From NCBI RefSeq assembly GCF_032062105.1, contig NW_026920935.1, positions 372,001-436,000 of the forward strand: DNA of 64,000 bases, in the 5' to 3' direction. The position numbers and the translations under genes were made by a program. This DNA comes from Saccostrea cucullata (Eukaryota). Below the pieces are notes generated by a model. It searched no databases. It saw only the letters and a program-made list of their open reading frames with translations, and was not told the origin of the DNA. Of this stretch, positions 49,243-60,921 are shown one piece after another (the stretch's first letter is position 1; every line of letters begins with the position of its first letter).

Positions 49243-50787
49243 TCAGCCTTGAGAAATGTATTTATAAACACTGATATCACCATTCTTGCCACCAACCCAT
49301 AAACAAGACTTATGAAGATCAACCGAGTATGGCGAATCGAACGCTTCTTGCTTTGTCACGAGATAACGAATGAATTCACCGCATGAACTCAACATGTGAA
49401 TGAAGTTGTGGAGGCAATCTGTCACAATTATGTTACACTGAGCATCGCACACAAGACCTCTCGGATCGAAACGTTTTCTGACGTAGTTTCCGCGGTAATC
49501 AAATTTGAGCGCGCCATCTGACGAGAGAACTCGGAGGACGCCGCTTGATTGGCCAGTCTGGTCTATGACGCAAATATCGCTGTTATAGTTGTGGAAAACA
49601 CGATGAGGTTTGGTGAAAAGTTTTGTGGTTCCATCTTTGTCAAATTCATATGTCGTCAATTCCTCCCCAGCAGGTGAGATCAATTTGATCAAACGTTTAC
49701 TACTTGTGCTTAGTTTAAAACTGTAATCGTCTACTAAGGCAACAAACAGATTCCCATCCAGGGCTTTCCCAATTCCTATTGGTGTAAGTGGCTTTGTTGA
49801 GACAAGGGTTGATATTGTGCCACTTTCGTCCAATTTCTTGACTTCGTCGTTTTCAAAATCTGTGAATATTTGAGCTCCATCAGAACACACGATAAAGTCA
49901 TTTGAAACACTTTTCATTTCTATTGAATTTTTAGTAACTCCGCTTGTGTTAAGCAGGTAGGCACTGCAGTCCCATCCATGGACCCATGCAGCTTCCTCTG
50001 ACACAGAATGGATGGACACAATCGTGTTCGAAAAGTTTTTAAAGTTTGCTAGCCTTATAACTTTTACGTGTTCTGGGTCTATCAGCTTGCCATACATAGT
50101 TTCCAGGGCGGCGTGATCCATTGTACCCTTGAAGAAACAAGGGAGATAACCGTAAGCCGTCAAATCAATGTTATTAACTTCGGTGATCAGCGCCTCCGCT
50201 TCGTTTTTTGTCTCGATTAGTTGAAATCCAGACATGCAACCGGACTGTGTTTCCAGAAATCTTGCCTTGTCTTGCAAGTCTTGTTTAAAGTTGCTGAGAT
50301 TGGTCTTCAAGTTGACAAGCCTTTGTTGACAGCGCGTGTATATTTCTTTGGACTTCTCGATATTGAAATTAGTAATCCTGAAGACCTCTGTCGCCATATC
50401 ATCTTGCTGCCTGACAAGCTTTCTGATTTGACCCGAGTGTCTCTTTTCCTGCTCGTATTCTATTTGGTTGATGAACGATAAGCTTTCTGTAATTTCATGG
50501 ATGCAGCCTCGTATCCCCTGGCAGATTTCTGGGATATCCTTCTTTTTCTCGGCAGATATCTTCTTAATGCTTCCCCATCTATGGTCCTTATGTTCTGTCT
50601 GGCCACACGTCACACAGAAGATGGTCTTGCAATCTTCACAACACATATCCCGGTCCTCGTCATGCTTCCTACATAATGGAAGCACACCCCTAGAGCTCCC
50701 AAATGTAAACTCTCCCATACCAAACTTTAGCTGAGCTTCACAATATAAAGCTTCCTTACATGTTTCATGTTTGAGGCAATGGCTCAT
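49243..50787 (-). CDS. RING-less TRIM-like protein: B-box, coiled coil, NHL-like beta-propeller (514 aa, single coding exon)
   Basis: B-box CRKHDEDRDMCCEDCKTIFCVTCGQTEHKDH; heptad region; propeller motifs PIGIGKALDGNLFV, PHRV..N.NSDICVID, FDPRGLVCDAQCNIIVTD, PYSVDL...LWVG. Confidence 0.88.
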   Translation of the reverse strand: MSHCLKHETCKEALYCEAQLKFGMGEFTFGSSRGVLPLCRKHDEDRDMCCEDCKTIFCVTCGQTEHKDHRWGSIKKISAEKKKDIPEICQGIRGCIHEITESLSFINQIEYEQEKRHSGQIRKLVRQQDDMATEVFRITNFNIEKSKEIYTRCQQRLVNLKTNLSNFKQDLQDKARFLETQSGCMSGFQLIETKNEAEALITEVNNIDLTAYGYLPCFFKGTMDHAALETMYGKLIDPEHVKVIRLANFKNFSNTIVSIHSVSEEAAWVHGWDCSAYLLNTSGVTKNSIEMKSVSNDFIVCSDGAQIFTDFENDEVKKLDESGTISTLVSTKPLTPIGIGKALDGNLFVALVDDYSFKLSTSSKRLIKLISPAGEELTTYEFDKDGTTKLFTKPHRVFHNYNSDICVIDQTGQSSGVLRVLSSDGALKFDYRGNYVRKRFDPRGLVCDAQCNIIVTDCLHNFIHMLSSCGEFIRYLVTKQEAFDSPYSVDLHKSCLWVGGKNGDISVYKYISQG

Positions 50788-51399
50788 TTTAGACCGAAGC
50801 GCTTATCCCCATAGGTCAAACAGTTTTGCGTCCTGTTTTATTTCCATATAGTGTCAAAATGTGGAAGGTACCGATTATTCTTTTTTAAATAAATGTGCCA
50901 TTGAAATGGAATCACACATGGGAAATAGATAATTAAAAATGAGGAAGTAAACAAAATAAACTGATACTGTTACAATTGATCCAAGGAAAATGTTTGTAAA
51001 TAGTGGATGGCTTTCGGCTCAAAGAGGAAGAGGATCAAAGAATTGTATTTAATGACCACAAACAGAAAGATTAAATATATTTTTCCAAAGTGGAAAAAAG
51101 TCCGTGAACTGCTAAACAGATCGTCTTAGCAATTGCACAACTCTCAGATAATATCCATCATGTATATGTATGTGTAGGCCTATACGTTGAAAATTTTAAC
51201 ATTTCCTTAGATGATTTTTATGACGTAGTTTATTTAAATTCTTTAATCACGTAAATAAACTTTTGACACAGTTTCATGTGAACGTTGAGACGTAACAATT
51301 ATTCATAACTTTTCTTCATGCATCTGATTTAAAAGTCCAGACAGATTACTAACTCGCGCTGTCTATGCCCCCAAGGTGCCCTGATAGCTTTTATTAGCT

Positions 51400-51577
51400 C
51401 GCTAATCTTTACCTGACACCAGCGCGTAAAGACTTCGATTTGCTCGGCTAGTTTATAGTGGCGAGCTCTATATTTAGAACACTGTAGCCTAAACATTAGC
51501 ATTGAGACCCGGATTAGCGTGCCGCGGCTGCGATATCCGCCATTTTGCTAAGGTTTTCGCTACAGTGTTCCGTGTTG
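51400..51577. promoter_or_regulatory. CpG-rich putative bidirectional promoter and non-coding first exon(s)
   Basis: YY1-like CCGCCATTTT (~51538); + strand donor TTG|GTAAGT at 51577/51578 pairing with acceptor TTTAG at 52147; - strand donor CAG|GTAAAG at ~51413. Confidence 0.5.
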
Positions 51578-52152
51578 GTAAGTTTTAAAGATGTTGAACA
51601 ATTAAACAGTATTTCTTGTTAAATTGAATCACCTTGACTCCGTAGGTTGGTATCATAAACTTAACGTGAATAGTCAGGGCGTCTGCTTGAATATCAGTTC
51701 ACAATGGACTTCGCTAGTTCATATGTAGTTGCTATGTATTGATCGTATTATTAATTGCCACATGTAGCTTCGTTCGTGTGGAATCTCATATTCTTTAACT
51801 TTATATTCTATTATATCCTTTGTTTTGACAATGTTTACTGATAGTTGAGATACTTTGTATTCTTGAATAGATCTAGATCTATTGTTGAGATTTTAGCACT
51901 GTGTAGGGTAAATGACTATATTGGAATAGCAATTGCAGTTAATCTGAAAAGTAAAAGTAGCATATATATATTTTAAATATATAAATAATAATTAAATATA
52001 TTTTAATAAAGAGAAAGTTATGTGTATTGTACTTGTTTTATGGAAAATTGAATATTTACAATGAATATTTATATACATAAAATTAGGTACTAAACGTTGT
52101 AAAAATTTAATAAAAACAAAATTTAAACATAAAATTATTTGCTTTAGATTTG

Positions 52153-54856
52153 ATGTTCACTATGGACGACCGGATGGAAATTTTCAAACTGGCGCAATCC
52201 TATAAGATAAAATGGGAACTACTACTTGAAAGCAAGGTGCACGATGAGCTTTGTGCACATGCGCAGTCCTTAGGATGTGAACTGGATCTGCTACTATTAC
52301 CTGTGTTTGTGTCTGTAGCCAGTGCAATGGGACCCAATACAAAGGTCAAGGTTACCAAAAGTTGGACAGAATATCTTAACCTTACTGGCATTGTAGCAGC
52401 AAGACGAGGTGAAAGAAAGTCGACAGTATTAAATTGTATTAAAACTTGTAGTCGACACATGAAAAACTTCAAAGACGACAAAGAAATAGAGGACAAACCC
52501 CAGGTCGCGGTCATAGACGAGTCCTTTGTAGATAACATTACAGAAACCTGCAGAATCAGGGGAAGTCGTATGTTTATTATAGACGACCTTGACAATGTTA
52601 TTAAAGAGGTGATACAAATACCTGATATCTGGAATCTTCGCACCTTGCAATCGTCCTTGACCTCTTGTTCAGAACAGAATGGTGGTCCTCCTAGCAACTG
52701 TGTAAACGTCATAGCAGCGGTCCAGGCAGCCAATATCTCGGAGATCGTTAACTTGCCTGACCCGGGGCGGCTTGTGGATAGGATTTTAGTTTTGTGTGCA
52801 AGGGATTCTGAAGATATTGTGACATCTATCAAACCAAGTGAAACTTTAGATACAATACTCCAAAAGATATACGATTTACATGTTGATAAAGATGTTACTT
52901 ACACATTCAGTGAAGAGGCGACACGAGAGTTTGAGAGGTATACTTCCAAAAGATTTGTTTACTGAAAATCAAGAAGGTTCCTGTGTGTCTCAGATAGATT
53001 TATTTAAATTATTTTGCACTATGATGACTGGAGATTGATGATCTTCGTATATAAGCATTTAAACTGCTTTTAAAATAATTTAAAATAACTCCTTTCCGTC
53101 TTGGAAAATATATACCCAGTATATAAAAATGACATGTACTTTTGCATATGCAAGCTTTGTCTTAAAGTGTTATACATCTCGCTTTCCAATAAAAAATTGG
53201 ATTTAATACATTATATTTACTTAAAATGACATCTTTCTAAGTTTTTTTCCTTCTTGCTTTTTCAGAATGTCCGGAGTAGTCAATTCTCTTAAAAAACAGT
53301 GCCATAATGATGAACTGAAACGAGGTTGAAACTCATGTGGAATCATCCTCAGGTAGTGTAGAATCAAGTTTGTTCAAATCATGACCCCCGGGGCTAGGGT
53401 GGGGCCAAAATGCAAGTACTTCAAAGCTATGACTTGTGATATTTATATAGAATCATCCTCAGGTAGTGTAGATTCTAGTTTGTTCAAATGATGAACGCCG
53501 GGGGGGGGGGGGGTGGAGTAAATTTAAGCCTGATGTGCTCAGGTGAGCGCTGTAACGTTTCTCGCTTGCTTTTTCAGAATGTCCGGAATAGTCAATTCTC
53601 TTAAGAAACAGTGCCATAATGATGAACTGAAACGAGGTTGTGCTAATCACGTGATGTCCCAAATGGCGCGATTAAGCGTCATATCAACTGCTTTGACGGC
53701 TGCAATGACAGAACCCAACACAGATTTTACCATAACCAAAACGACTGTGCAGTCTATGTTTGTTGTCTCGCTGTACCTGCTGCGACAAAAATGTCTGCTG
53801 CTACATGGATCTGACAGTGCTACATACTCCGAACTATTTCACTCTATTCTTAGTAGTGAAGTTGAGCTACTTACATCGATGAATACTACAAATGAATTCA
53901 GTGGGAGAGAGAACGAAGATGACGTCATAGAAATCACTCTGGATGGCAACAATGAACCCGTTGCCAGAATTATACCAAAACGTGACGACTCAGTGGAGAC
54001 CAATGGCGACGAACCAGCTCGGAATCAGCAATCTGACGTCACCATGTGGACAATGGAGAACAGAGACAATGCCACTAGCCAGAGTGAGCGAGAAACAAGC
54101 AGCGTGTATTATCCAAGTGCACCACAGGAAGTGATCGGTCACCCCAAACACCCTCCACTTAATCAAGAGACAAGTAATCGCCAACATTACGAACCAAATC
54201 AAACACTACCTCTGGATGGCGACAGTAAACAGTTTAACAATTCTGGCGTTCTTCGACCAAGAGGCAAATTTCGTCCTCCACCTCCGCCATTAAAACTTCG
54301 ACCACATCAGCTTCATGTGAACCGTCGATTTATTCCTGCCCCCAAACGTTTGACCGACAAAACACAACTCAAAACATGCATATTCACATGCAGTGATAGT
54401 ATTTTTGTACAACTGTGTTGCGCTAAAATCAGAAAATGTCTGTTGACAAAAGGAGTATTCATCACTTCCTCCTACGCCTGCCAGTACCGCCTTTTCCCGC
54501 CCGTTCCCCTGGTACAGAGGACGTCTTCTCCGCGGACCACCCATCCATCGTGGGCGGCCGTGAAATTCTTTGAACGTTTAGAATCTCTTGGCTTTGGCGA
54601 GGTCATGGTCTTTCGTTCACAGTCGGTAAAATTTAGAAAGAAGTCTCTAGAGGAAATGTCAGAAAAAGCGAGGACAATACTAAGACAGGTGGGGATCACT
54701 GATGAGGACTTCAGATCTTCTCTGACGACGGAGGAGGAAGTTCAGGGGTCCATACAGGAGTATAATTATATTTTCACCGTCCATCAGAACGGGGAGATCG
54801 AAACTGAACAAATGCAGCAGATGGAGGTTGAGCAGAAAGTCCATCAGCAGACGTAA
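52153..54856 (+). CDS. DUF3987/YfjI-like (MCM-clade-like AAA+) protein, ~687 aa, two coding exons
   Basis: Exons 52153-52937 (ends GAG AG|gt) and 53578-54856 (cag|A ATG), phase 2. Motif order VASAMG...W.E.LNL.GIVAARRGERKS...FIIDD...NVIAAVQ...G.L.DRIL...YTFSEEA..EF...QMARLS...ITK.TV matches DUF3987 as recalled. Confidence 0.72.
53253..53640 (+). repeat. 76-bp duplication of splice acceptor and exon start flanking a HINE 3' fragment
   Basis: Copies 53253-53328 and 53565-53640 (2 mismatches); spacer holds CATCCTCAGGTAGTGTAGA..CAAGTTTGTTCAAATCATGACCCC units and CTCAGGTGAGCG as in the 35390 HINE. Confidence 0.88.
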
Positions 54857-56472
54857 AACAGTTTTTTTGCCCACGACTGAGTAACAAAGTCCGAATATGT
54901 TATTATCACATCGATTAATACTGTTACAAATCAAAATAAAAAAAAAAATATTCTGTCTTTTCTTATAATATTGGTTTTGTCTACTTTTCCCTCATAGCAG
55001 CTAAAACATAAATGTATTTTAAAGACTTCTAGGAGGTGGATTCAGGATGTTCAGCATAGAAAGGGGTTTGGGTGCTGAATAAATTCATACCTCAAAGAAA
55101 CAAATAAAATGAAATTGATTGTTTTATTTATTTTCTATTTAATGAACGTGCTTTAAATGCTACATGATTAGAGATGGTAGGTTCCCTTTTTTTAACATAA
55201 ACATTTCTGACATAACAAAGACCTTCAAAGAAAATTTCAGTGGTCAAATATGCCCCCTGTTACGTGGCTGTTGAATTTAATAAAATATTTATATCTTTAA
55301 GGAACCGTCCAAGCTGTTGGGTATGAAGAACTTGGAATTTTAATTTATATTCAATTGCCAAGATATGAACAATCAAACAGCCATTGCAATACAGATAGGT
55401 TAATCTGACGAATAAAACGATTGTTGTAACTAAGTCATGTTGATATCTGTCGGAGAGGTATCGATTTCGATCATCAGCTGACTATGAATGGACAGATACA
55501 TATATACTGTAGTATATCACCACGGTCCGGTAACAAGGCTCGTCGTTAATTACGCAAGGTCCTCTTAAGATTTTAAATTTAGTTCTGTAAAATCCTGTCC
55601 ACGTGGTCCGGGATTAAGAGATCAGTTGTGTGTACAGACAGGCAGCATGGCTCTGTTTACGTGTCACTGAATCGTTCATAACAAAGTACCATCCGGCGCT
55701 ATAGGGGTGGAGGAGCATACCTACAAGGGCGCTGACCTATATTGTGCTAGGTAAGTGTTATTTTCCATTGAGATTTTAAGACTCCTTCCCACCCCCTTCA
55801 CCGAACTATCACCTTCTAAACTATATGGAATAGGTAAAAGTATTTTTTTTTTGGTAGTGTTGATTTAGCATATGAAATATTTATTTAAGGCAATTGTAAA
55901 CAAAACGTAAAGAGAAAACATCGTTTTTCATGAGATGGAAGATAAGTATATTTATTATATATTGGAGAGAATCTTTCTCGGGTTGTTCCATTGAACACCC
56001 TAGAAATTAAGTGTCTCACTTAATAAATATATAGAATTTCATTTGTTATGTTATTTAGTAAACTACATTATCGTTAATAGTCGTTTTTTGAACCATGCAC
56101 TTACAGGTTATCATAATACCTTGGGAGAAAAACACGATTGTGACAGTAATTAAAATGAGGTTAAGGTCAAAGGAAAGGTCAGGGCAAAAAAAAATATGTC
56201 AATGAATTTTGGATGGCTCTGATTATAAAGTATCAGCATATGAAAAGTTTCTTTGACACAAGGACAGAAGACTATGATATACACTATTAATAAATTCAAA
56301 ATTTATTTTTTATCTTCAATTAAGTTATTTCCGGCGGATGTCCCTTTTCACAGCAACAATAGTGCACATCTGTTCTCCTCTGGAAAGAAGAGAGATCTTA
56401 TTAAACCCTGACACAATTTCCCCGATTCATCATTTCTCCTTTTTATGTTAGAACACAGATGACACTGAAGAC

Positions 56473-58747
56473 ATGGAAAATATAGCTCTAAACGACCAAA
56501 ACAAAACGGATGAGTAAGATTTATTATACACTCTCTATGGCTTCCTTCAGAGGGTTTATTTAAGTTCAAGTTTATGATTTTGTTTTTGATTGTTAATTTT
56601 GAAAGAAAATCTTTTGTTTAAATCTTAGCAAAAGTATATGCTGATGTAAGTTATAACTGTGCTAGTATTAAACTGTTTAATTTTATTACAGTAAACAGAA
56701 TCCGTCTCGATCACAGTCTTCGGCAAATAAAGTTTATCCAACAGGGTCCTTTATACATAATTCTGATGTGGAGCCATCTTTCGAAAAGGACGAACATATC
56801 TACTGTTTCAGGAACGCCAAAAAAGGATACGCTGTTCTTATAATGAATTATGAGTTTGTAGATGAAGACGAAAATTTACCTGGAGTAAAACGTGACCTTG
56901 AAGATATGTCCAAACTATTTGATTCTATGGGTTTTGAAGTGAGGGAGTTTGTTAATCTTACAAATGTAGAACTAGTATCAGAGCTTGAAGGTAGGTATCC
57001 ACTGATTGTGTAATGCTTTCACCAATTAAAGAATACTGTAGACTGTGTAAAGCTTTGAGTGTAGTCCATACATTTCAATAGTATTTTCAGGGACAAAAAA
57101 CAAACTTGTCAAATCCTGAAAACCTATTTTGATAGTGAAGTGAGAAGACATTTCTAATTTACTCTCAGTACATTGTTTAAAGTGGTCCTTTTCTATGGAG
57201 CGTGGAAGATCATTTTTTGTTACTTTTTCATGGAAATTGAATAACAGTTATTGAAAAAAAGCATGGAGGATCCGAGCCTTGAACTTTCCCCCAGTAATAT
57301 AAAGTGTCTTGTTTTAGGTATCCGAAAGGAGATGCCTAGTGATTGTGACTGCTTTGTATGTGTCATCAGTACCCATGGAGGAGAGGATCCAGGATTTTAT
57401 AATGGTTATCCTAAAGAATCATTTACAAAGACCGAGCACTATCTGTTGAACACGGAAGGCGCAGTCTGGACACGGCAGATTGTAGGCATGTTTAACAATC
57501 AGCAATGTAGAGCACTCAAAGGGAAACCCAAGTTATTCTTCATTCAGGTCAGAGCACCTTAAGAATAAACTAATTTCACAAAATATCTGTACGAGAACAA
57601 GGCATTTGAACATTTAAAATATTTATTATCGCATTGTATTTATTAGGCTTGTCGAGGAAGGGGTGTAGATAAAGGTGTTGATTTGTTAGAAAATAACGGC
57701 GACGAAAGTGACGACGATTCTGTAGACAAGGAAGTGTTCCAAATCCCATGTTACAACGATTCCTTGGTGATGTTTTCTTCTACCTCAGGTATTTAGATAT
57801 ATATTGACGAAAGTTTTACCTAAAAGCACTATTTATGTCTACTTTTACCTAACACAACATTGATATTTTCCTCCCCCAATAATATCGTTTCATCGGTCAA
57901 TATACAACCTTTTTAAAGAATTCATCTACTCAATGTAAGGTAAAAAGTAGTTTTTGGACACATGGGTAACTCGGGTTACATATCACCACTCCTCCCTCAG
58001 CATGCCGGGGGTTGAGAAGGGGAGGGGCAAAAACAAATCAAAATAATGCAATCTTTTCATTTGATTTCTCAAGTTCCCAAAATATCTATGGCAAAGTCAT
58101 TTGTCTCACTGAATTCGGCGACTTGTACTTTTGCAGAGTCGGAAAAAATGTTTCTTCATCTTTTCTTAATTTGTTTTAGTTTTAACTTTGTATGGGCAAC
58201 AATGAACAGCTTATCTCTCTCAAAAAAGCCAACAAACCAGTCAAGGAATAAAACAAAAATTGAAAATTGCTTATCAAAATATAAGAAGTACACTTGTATT
58301 GAAATATATCTGCAAGAAAGTATGTTTTAGTCATCAAATATAGACGCAAACTAACATTTTTAAAGGATTATATTTGAAATACTCGTGTTATGCCATCAAG
58401 AAACAGAATTTTATTCTTATTTAAATTGATCATTTTCAAAATACTTTTAATTCACCAGCTGCAAAGGATGCTTGGACAATAAACTACACATTGAATTTTT
58501 TCCAGGTAAATATGCGTGGTCTGAAGATTTGGAAGGTGGCTGGCTTCTCTCAGCCTTACAAAAGGTGTTTTCCAGTAATACTGGGGAGGACCTACTTTCA
58601 CTTTTGACACAAGTTTGTGGAGATGTGGCGACTAGAGAAGCATTTATACCGTGTAACAAGAGGGCCCATCAGTCAAAGAGCACCGCCTGCATTTATCACA
58701 AACTGTCTAAAGACATTCATTTTCCTCCGTTCAAGCTTAAAAAATGA
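56473..58747 (+). CDS. Caspase (peptidase C14A), short prodomain, ~317 aa, atypical S1 pocket
   Basis: Exons 56473-56513, 56692-56990, 57318-57547 (CFVCVISTHG...LKGKPKLFFIQ), 57647-57788 (ACRG...), 58506-58747; 954 nt, phases consistent; probable 5' UTR exon ending at 55750. The start codon is less certain. Confidence 0.9.
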
Positions 58748-59539
58748 AAAAAAATCTTTTATATCATTTAAAGATGGACCATAGACTATTTCGAAATTTC
58801 TGTACAAGAAACTTCGAGGAAACTTAGGCCCGCAGGAAGCAATTTCAGTTTGAGAAGGGGCACAGCCTCATAGAAATGCTTGACAAGCCAAGAAAGCATC
58901 AGACAGCCTGAGCATTCATGAAGGTGTGCAACTGTAAACTTGCAAAATTTTGTTCTTCTTTAAGCATAATAAAAGTACAATAATACCAAACAGTAAGTTG
59001 GATAGTCCAAAGAACAAACTGTGTATTTGCACTTGCTAAAGACCAATGTCCATTTGAATTAAACTGTAAGTCACGTACGTACCACATATGATTTCATGTA
59101 TTATGCGTCAGGTTTGTTACTGATATGTTCGATATTCTTGTATATCGTATGGATTCATTTTGAGTTATTGTACATGAAGTGAACATTGCTGTGACTTTTT
59201 CAAAGAACGATGATTTTGGTATTGTGAATAACATTGAGGGGAATTTATCTATGCACTGCCATGGACAACTGCTGCTCAATACCGCTCACATTGCAAGCAG
59301 CAGCCTTAAACGAATGTCGTTAAATACCGTTTACTTTACATTTTGCAATTCGTTCGCTTCTACAGTACTAGTATTTGCTGATTTTACAGGAAGCAATGCT
59401 CCAAATGTCAATGTATTAGTTTTGAAGACTTTAGCAAGTACTGTAGGACTATAGCAGTTGACTTTTTCAGAAGCAGTTTTGAGGAAAATGATTAAAAAAT
59501 AAAAAAAAAATATTAACAATGTTCCAACCATCCACTAGA

Positions 59540-59785
59540 GTTGCGAAGTGATCCTTACGTCGCGAGTTCGAATCCCACCGTGGGACGTGGAGACCGGACC
59601 CTTTGGATGAGAATGTATAAACCGAGGTCCCGTGTCACTGTAGGTGTTGGCACGAAAAAAAACCCTCACTGCTTAATAGCCTTAAGTGCCGAGTATTGGA
59701 CAAAATTTGCAGCTCTTCATCGGCAAGTGATGACGTCTCTATATGAGTGAAAAATTATTGAGAGGGACGTTAAACAACATGCAAA
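59540..59785 (+). mobile_element. tRNA-derived SINE with Deu/Nin-like central domain (5' truncated)
   Basis: B box GAGTTCGAATCCC; GGATGAGA.TGTATAAACCGAGGTCCCGTG core; tail GGGACGTTAAACAAC. Confidence 0.75.
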
Positions 59786-59799
59786 ACATGATTTCAAAG

Positions 59800-59995
59800 A
59801 ACGGTGTTGCCATGGTTACTAAAAATAGAAGTTTACGTGAAATTCCCTCAAAAACTATACTTCTCCTAAAATTATGGTTGATTTCAGCATAAATTAGCAC
59901 ACAAGTAAACTATATTAAAGTATAATATTTAGTACATTGGTGATTGTTTGAAAGGTGTTGCCATGGTTACTAAAAAATAGAAATTTCTGTGAAAT
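59800..59995. repeat. Direct repeat, ~150-bp spacing
   Basis: GGTGTTGCCATGGTTACTAAAAA(A)TAGAA at ~59803 and ~59954. Confidence 0.6.
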
Positions 59996-60320
59996 ACTTT
60001 CAAAATGCAACTCTTGAAGTTTTTGTTTGATTTCAATACATGTAAAAATTGGAATACAAGTAGACTACAATAAGATTCATAATTCTGTTTATTACCCCTG
60101 TTGCAAATTTTCAATCCAAGTGTTACTTTTCTTTTGTTATACGTACAGACCAGTAGAGCTAGAGTCTTATCAGAAACTTCTGATATACTTTTATCACTTG
60201 TATTTTAATTAAGGGTTAAATATACAGTTAAAGTCTCTCATGTATTTATAAAATAATGTGTTTTGTCGTAAATATGGAAGTCGAGAATATTTGACTTAGG
60301 AGATAGCTAAATTTAATTTT

Positions 60321-60921
60321 AAACTAGAGGTATACTGGGAGCAATAAGCTCACTAAATGTTACCCGAAATAAGTGTAAGACTAAAAAGAAAAATATGAGA
60401 TGCATAATGGCATTATGTAATAAAGAATCTGTGAACGTATAATTAAATCTTATTCAGTGGTTTAGAAGGAGTTACGGACACAAGATGTGTACCCTTTAAT
60501 CTAAAAGAAAATGACCGTGCTCATGTTTTACTCTGGGGAACCCAAAATATGTGTCCGATCAAAAAGTAAAATAGGAGGTAACAATGGCAGTATATACATG
60601 TAACAAAGATTCTTTGAAAGTATCATTAAATTTCATTCAGTGGTAAAAGGGGAGTCGCGGATAAGAGATGGGTACCCCAAAGCGTACCAAACGGACGGAC
60701 AGACAGACCGAAATTAATATCCCCTTTCAGCAGGGAACAAAATTAAGTACAATTTTTAGGGCCAATATACATGATATATGAGTTTCGAAACAGTTTTGAA
60801 AGGTCTTGTCATAAGGAAATCGCACTACGTTTTGCAGACAAAAAGAAAGATTGATAGAAAGGCGGACAGATGAAAACCATAATTATATACCCCCAAATCT
60901 TCGATTGGGGTGGTATAAAAA
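60321..60921 (-). mobile_element. HINE-type fragments (two 5' ends)
   Basis: AAACTAGAG start, repeated TTCAGTGGT..A..AGGAGT..CGGA, (GGAC/AGAC)n microsatellite, terminal palindromes TCCC...GGGA and TATACCCCCAA...TTGGGGTGGTATAAAA. Confidence 0.6.

Noticed and set aside
52200-52832. 210-aa antisense ORF
   Set aside because: Shadow of the DUF3987-like exon; no recognisable motifs
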